Assembly: GCA_903880015.1 (NCBI GenBank)
Contig: CAIRNS010000002.1
Location: forward strand, 82,867 to 146,866
DNA length: 64,000 nt
DNA from: an uncultured Elusimicrobia bacterium
GTDB taxonomy: Bacteria; Elusimicrobiota; Endomicrobiia; Endomicrobiales; CAIRNS01
Reading direction: 5' to 3'
Shown here piece after piece: positions 30,556 through 39,200 of the stretch. Position 1 is the first letter of the stretch. Each line of letters begins with the position of its first letter. The notes under the pieces are model-generated. The model saw nothing but the letters and a program-made list of their open reading frames with translations, was not told the origin of the DNA and searched no databases. A program made the position numbers and the translations under genes.

Positions 30556-31353
30556 TTATTTAGGGCGGGGAAGGGTAAAATCCAGCAGGGCGGCCGTGAC
30601 GCGCCAGGGAAGGAGTTTTTTGAGCAAGCACAACAAAGATATCTCGCTGTTTATCGTTATCAAAAAGCGTTTTCCGGTGCATTTCGTCAGTATTCTCCCC
30701 GCTGCTTCCTCAGGCGCTATCAGCGATTGGCGGGCCGAGGCGCCCAGTGTCATCCACGCAGGCATGCTGCTTTTTTCGGCGGCGTATTGGGGGGTGTCGA
30801 TATCAGCGGGGCACGCGACATACACCGCTATGTTTTTGCATAACAGCTCTCTGCGCAGGGCTTCGGCAAAATTAATGACACCCGCTTTTGCCGCGCAGTA
30901 GGTGGAATAGCCGGCCGCCCCAATGAGCCCGAGTGCTGACGATATCATTAAAATTTTCGCCCCCGGTTTTAATAACGGCAGGAATATCTTTGTAGATACC
31001 ACTGTTCCCCAGAGGTCAACTTCGATATCTTCTTTGAGCTTTCCGAAATCAGCGTAGTCACCCAGCAGGTTGACGGTGACAACGCCGGCGTTAAGAATCA
31101 GAAAATCTATGGCGCCGCATTGGTTTTGTATGTCTGCGGCTATAACGGTAAGCTCCCGGGGTGCGGTAATGTCGCCCGCAAACCCATAGGCCTCATGGCC
31201 ATTATCTTTGATGGATGCAACCGCTTTGTCCAGAATATCTTTCCGGCGCGCTATCAATAAAGGAACCATCCCCTGTGCCGCCAGATTTTTGGCGAAAGCA
31301 AGCCCCAATCCTGACGATCCACCTGTAATAACCGCATATTTTTTATCGCTCAT
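30556..31353 (-). CDS. Short-chain dehydrogenase/reductase (SDR) family oxidoreductase
   Basis: AVITGGSSGLGLAFA (TGxxxGxG), NAG, and the catalytic YCAAKAG. The ATG at 31353 has an AGAGGTG RBS and is preferred over the track start at 31413. Confidence 0.85.
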   Translation of the reverse strand: MSDKKYAVITGGSSGLGLAFAKNLAAQGMVPLLIARRKDILDKAVASIKDNGHEAYGFAGDITAPRELTVIAADIQNQCGAIDFLILNAGVVTVNLLGDYADFGKLKEDIEVDLWGTVVSTKIFLPLLKPGAKILMISSALGLIGAAGYSTYCAAKAGVINFAEALRRELLCKNIAVYVACPADIDTPQYAAEKSSMPAWMTLGASARQSLIAPEEAAGRILTKCTGKRFLITINSEISLLCLLKKLLPWRVTAALLDFTLPRPK

Positions 31354-31413
31354 AAAACCGCACCTCTTGTTTAGTTTCGGCACTATCCCTCCGCAGTCGA
31401 CGCGGTGGGCCAA

Positions 31414-32544
31414 TTATGATAGTTTCTTTGAAAAGCATCTTTTCCGTTTGTTCTGCTTGGCGTCAAAATGTTCCCAGAGCGATAACACTTTGGTGTTCGT
31501 TTCCAGCTGTCCGGAAGCGTCCACCATGGAAATATTGTTTTTTGCGAATGTTTTATACCCCTCCCGCATGATCATGGCGTTTACGCCTTTTCCTTGCAGG
31601 TCTTCGCGTATGGCAATAAGAAGCAGTTCGGCCGTATCGTTCTTTCGGGACGCCTGCAGCATGTGCAGAAATCCGAAAGGGAATAGCTTTCCCTTCGTTT
31701 TCTGAAGCGCTTTTGACAATGACGGCAGGGTAAAGCCGAACCCGACTATCTTGTTATCCTTGTCGGCTATGAGCAGTATGAAATCGGGGCGGATAAATGA
31801 AAAATATAATTTCGTGTAATATGCCACTTGTTTTTCGGTTAAAGGCACAAACCCGAATATGTTTTTATAGCAGTTGTTGAGCAGGGCAAATATTTCTTTC
31901 GCATACGCCAGCAGGTCTTTTGACGACCGCAGGGTAACCACTTTTAGATTAAGCCGCTTTTCGACAATGCGCGCCATGCGGTCCATTTTCTCATACGAGT
32001 CCGGGGTTAGTTGTATTCTAAATTCCAGCCAGTCAATTTCTTTTACATAGGACCATTTCGCCAGATGAACGGGATAGTACGGAAAATTGTATACTCCGGA
32101 AAGAATGCATAGTTCGTCGAACCCCTCAACAAGCATCCCCTCGCGGTCAAAATCCGTAAAGCCCAACGGCCCTTGTATGCCGTCCATGCCGTTTGCTTTC
32201 GCCCATGCTTCAACGGTTGCGAACAGCGCTCCGGAAACTTCGTAATCATCAGTAAAATCTAACCAGCCGAACCGCGCATTCTTCTGTTTCCACACTTCTG
32301 TATATCGGTCGTTGATGATGCCCGCGATGCGGCCGACAACGATATCGTCTTTGTACGCCAGCCAGTATTTTGCACGGCAAAAATCAAATGCCGGATTTTT
32401 TTGGGGGTTCAGCGTATTCTTTTCGTCAAAATCCAGCGCCGGCACCCACTGCGGGCAGTTTTTATAGAGGGCATGCGGCAACCGAATGAACGCGTTTAAA
32501 TCCTTTTTAGAAACGACTTCTTTAATGACAACAGACATATACAT
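31414..32544 (-). CDS. Uncharacterised GNAT-like acyltransferase family protein (start possibly 32538)
   Basis: N-terminal FIRLPHALYKNCPQWVPAL and central GPLGFTDFDREGMLVEGFDE...YNFPYYPVHL resemble a widespread ~380-aa family usually annotated as N-acetyltransferase. Recalled by memory only. Confidence 0.55.
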   Translation of the reverse strand: MYMSVVIKEVVSKKDLNAFIRLPHALYKNCPQWVPALDFDEKNTLNPQKNPAFDFCRAKYWLAYKDDIVVGRIAGIINDRYTEVWKQKNARFGWLDFTDDYEVSGALFATVEAWAKANGMDGIQGPLGFTDFDREGMLVEGFDELCILSGVYNFPYYPVHLAKWSYVKEIDWLEFRIQLTPDSYEKMDRMARIVEKRLNLKVVTLRSSKDLLAYAKEIFALLNNCYKNIFGFVPLTEKQVAYYTKLYFSFIRPDFILLIADKDNKIVGFGFTLPSLSKALQKTKGKLFPFGFLHMLQASRKNDTAELLLIAIREDLQGKGVNAMIMREGYKTFAKNNISMVDASGQLETNTKVLSLWEHFDAKQNKRKRCFSKKLS

Positions 32545-32651
32545 TCCTTCCCCGCCAAAGCAGTGCTAAAATACTTCGTAATTTTACCAAAGTTTGCGCC
32601 CCGCCACAAGAGGAATCCATCCTGCACCCCGCACATTAAATCCACCCCCAC

Positions 32652-32670
32652 CCTCCTTTGTCAAAGGAGG
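32652..32670. repeat. 19-nt palindrome CCTCCTTTGTCAAAGGAGG
   Basis: Perfect 9+1+9 palindrome. It is related to the second palindrome at 32846-32864. Confidence 0.6.
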
Positions 32671-32845
32671 AAGTTATGGATAATAGCTTATTATTTGATA
32701 AAGCAAGAGAAAGTTAATTAAAATAATTCTCCGCGCGCCAGGAGCAGGAAAAACGAGTTTATCGATAATCCATCATTATTTTAGAAAGCAGAAGAAAGGT
32801 ATTGATAATTATGCTCTGCGCACCAGTGATACTGTTTGACAGAAT

Positions 32846-32864
32846 CCCCCTTTGACAAAGGGGG
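32846..32864. repeat. 19-nt palindrome CCCCCTTTGACAAAGGGGG
   Basis: Perfect 9+1+9 palindrome sharing the core CTTTGNCAAAG with 32652-32670. AATCCCCC (32843-32850) can alternatively pair with GGGGGATT (32870-32877). Confidence 0.6.
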
Positions 32865-32936
32865 ACAGAGGGGGATTTGCTGTTGAGGTTTGTGTTTTTT
32901 TAGTCAGGTGCTGTAAATTTGATATAATACGCCACT

Positions 32937-35135
32937 ATGGCAGAATTTCTCGACACACTTAATCCGATGCAAAAAGAGGCGGTCTTGCATGTCGACCAGC
33001 CGCTTATCATCTTTGCCGGCGCGGGCACCGGGAAAACCCGGGTGATTACCTGCCGTATCGCCCACCTGCTCAACAGCGGGGTTTCGCCCTGGCATATACT
33101 GGCGGTTACTTTCACCAACAAGGCCGCCGAAGAAATGCGTCGCCGCGTGGACGCACTGGCAACCGGGCAGGGGCGTGGCGTCTGGATTTCAACCTACCAT
33201 TCGTTTGGCGCGCAATTCCTGCGCGTGGAGGCAAAACAGATCGGCCTCAACCCCGATTTTTTGATTTATGATTCAAACGACCAGAAACATGTCATCAAAG
33301 ATGCGGTCGCACTGCTCAACCTCAGCGATAAAACCTATAAACCTTCGCGCATAGCCGAACTCATCAGCCGCGCGAAAGATGATTTACTCGATGCCGATTC
33401 CTACGCCATCCACGCGCTGGCTTCGGGTGACAATTTCCGGCAGACTGCGGCGACTATTTATGAAATTTACCAAAAAAAACTAAATCAGGCGGGCGCGCTG
33501 GATTTCGGCGACCTGATTATGCGTACAGTGATGGCACTGCGCGACAATGCGGCACTACGGGAAAAGTATCAGGAGCGGTTCAGGTATGTTCTGGTCGACG
33601 AGTATCAGGATACCAACCACGGGCAGTACCTGCTGACTAAGTATCTTTCCGCCAAACACAAAAATATTTGCGTCGTGGGTGATGACGACCAGTCGGTCTA
33701 TTCGTGGCGCGGCGCGGATATCCGCAACATTCTTGAGTTTGAACGCGATTACCCGGGTTGCCGCATGATAAAACTTGAGCAGAACTACCGGTCAACCCCG
33801 AACATATTAAGCACCGCCTGGCAGGTGGTCCAGCGCAACCAGAAACGCGTTGAGAAAAAATTATGGACACAGAACAGCGAAGGCGAACCGGTCCAGCTTA
33901 TCGAAGCCCGCAACGAACTCGACGAAGCGCAGGATATTGTGCTCAAAGTCCAGGAGCTGGTGCGCCGATACGGATATAAACTCAACGATTTTGCCGTATT
34001 TTACCGTACGAACGCTCAATCGCGCGTGCTGGAAGACGGGTTTCGGCGCGAAGGTATTCCCTACGCCGTCATCGGGACGATGCGGTTTTACGAGCGCGCC
34101 GAAATTAAGGATGTTCTGGCGTACTTAAAGCTTGTCCACAACCCGCACGATAATGTCAGCTTCAAGCGCGTGGTCAATGTGCCGCGGCGCGGGATTGGCA
34201 AGGCGACCATAGACGCGCTCGACAAGCTCGCCACCGAGAAAAACTGTTCGCTTTGGCAGGCGATGATGACGACGAACGACAAAAAAGGGCTGACCATTTT
34301 CCGCGGCATCATCGAAGAGCTGCGGGCGACGAAAGACGCGCATACCGTCAAGGAAATCGCCGCGCTGGTTCTTGAAAAAACGCGTTTTGTCGAGGATATT
34401 AAAAGCGAGGACACCATCGAATCGCGCAGCCGGGTGGAAAATATTTACGAATTGATGTCGGCAATTGATGAGTTCGAATCCCGCTCGCCGGACAAAACGC
34501 TTGCCGGGTATCTGACGCAGGTGTCGCTGGTCAACGATATAGATGAATGGACTGAAGAAACAGACCGGGTGACTTTGATGACCCTCCATTTGGCTAAAGG
34601 TCTTGAATTTAAAGCGGTTTTTGTGACAGGGCTTGAAGAAGGTTTGTTCCCGATAGGCGAAACGGCGTTTGATGAAACAAATCTGGAAGAAGAACGGCGC
34701 CTGATGTATGTCGGCATGACGCGCGCCAAGGAACACCTGTATCTTACCTGGGCAGCTGAACGGCGGGTATACGGAAAAACCCGGTGGAACCTGCCGTCAC
34801 GGTTTATCGCTGAGGCCGGTCTGCGTACGGAACCTCGGGAACCGCACAGCGAGAGCCCTGTATTCCGCCGCGGCACCGTACGCCCCTCCGCTACCTATCC
34901 CGAACGCAGTACGCACGAGGTGGAGCTGGTAGCGTCGGTCAGCGCCCCTATCGACGGCCCCGAAGACCATCCCGGGTTTAAGATAAATTCCCGTGTACTC
35001 CACCAGCAGTTTGGCGCCGGCAAGATAATCGACCGGTCCGGCGCCGGGGACGACTTAAAGCTCGTCGTTCTGTTTGATACCGGCCAATGGAAAAAACTGT
35101 TGGCAAAATACGCCAACCTTCAGACGGCTGACTAA
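32937..35135 (+). CDS. pcrA: ATP-dependent DNA helicase PcrA/UvrD
   Basis: LNPMQKEAV, Walker A AGAGTGKTRVIT, DEYQDTN, TLHLAKGLEF, VGMTRAK, and a C-terminal Tudor-like tail. Confidence 0.92.
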   Translation: MAEFLDTLNPMQKEAVLHVDQPLIIFAGAGTGKTRVITCRIAHLLNSGVSPWHILAVTFTNKAAEEMRRRVDALATGQGRGVWISTYHSFGAQFLRVEAKQIGLNPDFLIYDSNDQKHVIKDAVALLNLSDKTYKPSRIAELISRAKDDLLDADSYAIHALASGDNFRQTAATIYEIYQKKLNQAGALDFGDLIMRTVMALRDNAALREKYQERFRYVLVDEYQDTNHGQYLLTKYLSAKHKNICVVGDDDQSVYSWRGADIRNILEFERDYPGCRMIKLEQNYRSTPNILSTAWQVVQRNQKRVEKKLWTQNSEGEPVQLIEARNELDEAQDIVLKVQELVRRYGYKLNDFAVFYRTNAQSRVLEDGFRREGIPYAVIGTMRFYERAEIKDVLAYLKLVHNPHDNVSFKRVVNVPRRGIGKATIDALDKLATEKNCSLWQAMMTTNDKKGLTIFRGIIEELRATKDAHTVKEIAALVLEKTRFVEDIKSEDTIESRSRVENIYELMSAIDEFESRSPDKTLAGYLTQVSLVNDIDEWTEETDRVTLMTLHLAKGLEFKAVFVTGLEEGLFPIGETAFDETNLEEERRLMYVGMTRAKEHLYLTWAAERRVYGKTRWNLPSRFIAEAGLRTEPREPHSESPVFRRGTVRPSATYPERSTHEVELVASVSAPIDGPEDHPGFKINSRVLHQQFGAGKIIDRSGAGDDLKLVVLFDTGQWKKLLAKYANLQTAD

Positions 35136-35248
35136 ACAAAAACCATGCGTTATGCGGAACTGAATTATTCACCCCCCGCTAAACACATTTTTCACTTATT
35201 TCACAGGGAAGTTCTAAGTATTTCACCGATATCAGCTATACTATATTA

Positions 35249-35842
35249 ATGAATCGTACTGTCACAATGCCTATGCGCACCCTCACTGCCTATATCATTA
35301 CTCTCTGTTTGCTGGCCGCCCCGTGCGCGCCGGTCTTTGCCGCCGACTGTAGTGCTTTGGCGCCCAAGGCTACGGCGGCCGTTGAAACCCAATCACTTGC
35401 CATATATTATTCAATGTGTGTCGCTGCTCCGCTGCTGGCGGTAAATGCGCTGATGGCGTTGGCTGCCCAAAAGGATGATTCGCGCGATGACGCCGGTCAG
35501 AAGCCTTCCTCCCCCGCTCCGGAGAACGACCGCGCTTCCGGAAGCGCACAGCTCTCGTTGAAAGCTAATGCCGGACAAAACAATACTCGATTTTCTGTTA
35601 CTGATGGCCTTTGTGAGAGACCAGGACACCACGCCGCTCTGTCGTTCTGTTTGACGGTTAAAACACAGGATGGTCAGGTAGCGATCAATTCGTTAAGTCG
35701 TCTTTCCCCTGCCGTGCTCGCGCGCGGCGCTCTTGACGCCAGTACTTTGTTGGCGCGGGATTTGGTTCACCTGAAGCACGGTCCGTTTATGGCCCGTGTT
35801 TCTTTTTTTTGTACCCATTATTCTATCGGAGGACATGTATGA
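35249..35842 (+). CDS. Hypothetical secreted protein (197 aa), translationally coupled to giant gene A
   Basis: Signal-peptide-like LTAYIITLCLLAAPCAPVFA. Its TGA (35840-35842) overlaps the ATG (35839-35841) of the next gene as ATGA. Confidence 0.5.
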   Translation: MNRTVTMPMRTLTAYIITLCLLAAPCAPVFAADCSALAPKATAAVETQSLAIYYSMCVAAPLLAVNALMALAAQKDDSRDDAGQKPSSPAPENDRASGSAQLSLKANAGQNNTRFSVTDGLCERPGHHAALSFCLTVKTQDGQVAINSLSRLSPAVLARGALDASTLLARDLVHLKHGPFMARVSFFCTHYSIGGHV

Positions 35843-36165
35843 AGACAATTTTAAACTCAGTCAACGCGGCGCTCGGCGTCGTAACGGAGGATTGGATGAA
35901 CACATCATTTAGTTTTGTAAAGACGGTCGCTGCAGCGACCTTGGCGTTATTTGTATGGAGCAGCTGCATAGCGCAGGCGGCGTACGGTGCAATGAATATG
36001 CCCGTTGATCCGCTGTCCGTGCGTACCACGCAGATGCTGTCGGAGTTCGTTCTGCCGTACTCGTTGGGCCGCATCACTGACGCGCGCTGCGCGGCAGGGG
36101 CGACCGCGCCGGCCGTTATCCTTATTCAGGACCTGCACTGCAATCCCGAAGTGCAAAAAATATAG
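35839..36165 (+). CDS. N-terminal fragment (108 aa) of giant protein A, ending at a frameshift in an A6 run
   Basis: GGAGGA RBS 5 nt upstream. Signal/anchor FVKTVAAATLALFVWSSCIAQAAYG. It ends ...VILIQDLHCNPEVQKI*, and this motif continues in frame 3 when compared with paralogues B and C. Confidence 0.7.
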   Translation: MKTILNSVNAALGVVTEDWMNTSFSFVKTVAAATLALFVWSSCIAQAAYGAMNMPVDPLSVRTTQMLSEFVLPYSLGRITDARCAAGATAPAVILIQDLHCNPEVQKI

Positions 36166-36287
36166 CCGGCATTCTCAAATCCTTTGACGAGAAGTTCGGC
36201 CTGTCAAAAGTATATCTGGAAGGCGGTATCGGCGCGCTGGACACTTCGTGGATAACCACCATCGCCGACAGCGGCGTACGCGCGGAG

Positions 36288-39200
36288 ATGGTTGACACCA
36301 TTATGGATAGCGGCCGGCTGACCGGCGGCGAATATTATTCGCTGACCAGCGGCAAATACACCCTGCTCGCGGGACTTGAAGACCGCGGACTATTTTTTGA
36401 TAATATCAAGCGCCTGGGAACCATCATGAATACCCGCAGCGAACTGCGGGCGTTGTATCCCGCCATTGAAAACGACCTTGCCGCGCTTAAAAAGATGTAT
36501 TATTCTACGCGGAACAATCGTCTGGACGCACTGCTTACCCGCCGCGCGGACGGTTCCGTGCAGGGCGACGAATACTATCGCCAGCTGATGTGGCTTGCTC
36601 ACAAGGCGGAAGTGCCGTTGTCGTCGTATCCCGAGATGAGCGCGTTCATGCGGGTAAAGGAATTGCAAAAAAAGCTGAACTACAAAAAAGTAAGCACGCA
36701 AATAGCGACCTATCTGAGCAGTTTGAAATCGGCGCTTTCCGCTGAATCGTACCGGAAACTGACTGCCTTGACGCAGAACGAAACGCAGTTGAGCGAGCTG
36801 TATGTTCAGTTGCAGCGGTTGTCCAAAGAGAAAGGGTTTGCGTTGCCCAAGGGAACGCAAGCGCTGAATATTTTTCTTAACTTTATTGAAGAAAACCAAA
36901 AAATCAACCTTGTCGTTCTGGTAGCTGAAGAGAAAGACCTTATCCGGGACATCCGCGCACGGTTCGCCCGCACGGTTGCCGAGCAGGAGATCGGCTTTTT
37001 ATCTGATTTTTTCGTGGTAGCGAAAAACTATCTTGAGAACAAGGTTTCCGCGCAGGATTACGCGTATTATACCCGCACACTGCCGTTATTTAAGAGCACC
37101 TGGGCCGTCTATGCCCAGGACGGCGCGTTGCCGGCACTGGCGCAGTATTATCCGTTATTCGACGCGTTCTACGCAGCCAATGCCGAACGCAATCAGCGGT
37201 TTTTAAAGAACGCTTTCGGCAATCTTTCCGCAGTAACGCCGGCGCCGCAGGGTGCCGCCGATCAGCGCGCGGTTTTTGACCAACTTTCAAACGGCGTAAA
37301 ACCCTATGCCATGATTACCGGCGGGTTTCACACCCAGGGTTTGGTGAATTTGTTGGCAGCGCACGGCGTATCATATATAGTAGTGACCCCGAATGTGACG
37401 CGCACCACGGTCGCGTCGCAGAAGGTCTATGATGAACTTATCAGCGCCCAGGCGAAACAATTACCCACCCAAACATTGGCTGCCTATATTCTGGCAAACC
37501 AAATTCAGGACAATGATATGTACCCGCTTGTTATTGCCCAGGCGAAACTTACCGGAATAGCCGCGTTTGATACCGCCTATTTACAGGCCTTAGTGCAAAA
37601 AGAGCGAGCCAAAAATCCCGAGCAAACTATCGAGGATTTTACGGCAGCGTTAAATACAGAGTTACAGCACCTCAGCGACCGGTTAAACGAAACGAATCCA
37701 AGCCCTGTAACTTTTAATTTGCTTGCAGTAGAGCACGTGATAAAAATACTCCCTGAGGGGCAGGCGACGGATGGTAACAAGACAACTCCCGCCCTGACAA
37801 CCCCAAAAACCTTAAAAACTTTCTGGTTCTTACCGCGGTGGTTTGTGCAGAGATTTATATCCTGGTTATGGGAAGCCCGCGAAGTCCAGGCGGTAGTGGA
37901 AGAATTAGCCGGACAGTTTCCGGGCACAATGCCGTTTATGGAGTATGTTACCCCCGGCACGAAGTTCAATGCATTTGTGGGGGACCATCTGCCAGCAAAA
38001 ACGAGCGAGAACAATTTAAATGAAAACGCGAAAAACTTGAATAGAAAAGTAGAGTCTGCGTTGATGGGCGTGGCATATCCTGCGGCGGTAGCGTACAATC
38101 TGGTGATGAATTCCCCGTTGTTTATCGGTGGCAAGTTCACCGCTACCGTGGTATCCGGCATTGTTCAAATAGTATTGCACTTGCGGAACAACTGGTTCGG
38201 CAAAACCGCGCTGACAACCGGCGTTGCCCTCAAAAGAATTTCCCTGCTCTTGTCAATGTGGTTGGCGTTTACGATGGTTCTTGCGGCATGTGCCCCTAAC
38301 GCCATGAGTGAGAAAATCGTTCGTGCTGTGCCGCAAGCATATGATACAAGAATTGTTACCTATGATATTTTGGATAATCCGGCAGACGTGGGCGTTGACA
38401 AAGCGGAAGTCACCGGCGAAGGACGCCAGATATTCTTAAAATCGTCAATAAAAATTGGACAGAGCGTTATCGTCACTCTGAGAGCCAATGAGGCGGCAAT
38501 GCCACCTGAGGCGATAGCAATCAGGGCGGATGAAAAAGCTGAATGGGTTTTTGTTAACGCCGGATTCCAGCAAACGCCAGCGACGGAAATCAAACTATTG
38601 ATTACGGGACCTCAAACCGAGTTTCAATGGTTGTGGCTGAAAGATCCCCAAAAGCTATGGAGTGTCAGTGCAATAGAGCAGGGTAATGTCGCGCTTTCAA
38701 TAAGCCAGTCGGCAGCGGGCTGGCAGTTAACCGATCTTGCCGGTATCGCCGCTGTCAATCCTGACAGCAAGAACGACCAAGCCATCATGACGCTTACGAT
38801 TCCATTCAGTGAAAAAAATCTAGGATTACAAGAGATCCTTCAGCAGGCGCATGGCATAAAAATAGGGCTTCAATGTGCTAATTGCCCGTCGGATGTGAAG
38901 GTAACTTTTGTCTATCAGGGCGGATACACGGAAATAATGCAAGCAGTAGTTGTGGCCCCTGGCAACAGCATAGCCCTCAATCTTGTGGCGGGCCAAACAC
39001 TGCAAGGAGTTACGATTACTTTTCCCGCCAACGGACGGTTGACGGGGGCAGTTACCACCGGCACGGTAGAATTGACCAAGGCCGTGATTACGGGCGTGCC
39101 CAATCCGGCGAAAACTGTTGCAGCCACAAATCCATCTGTGTTCGACCATACGAGATACGCCTCGGTCATTCAACGGGGCCGATCAGTCCCGATACAGCAA

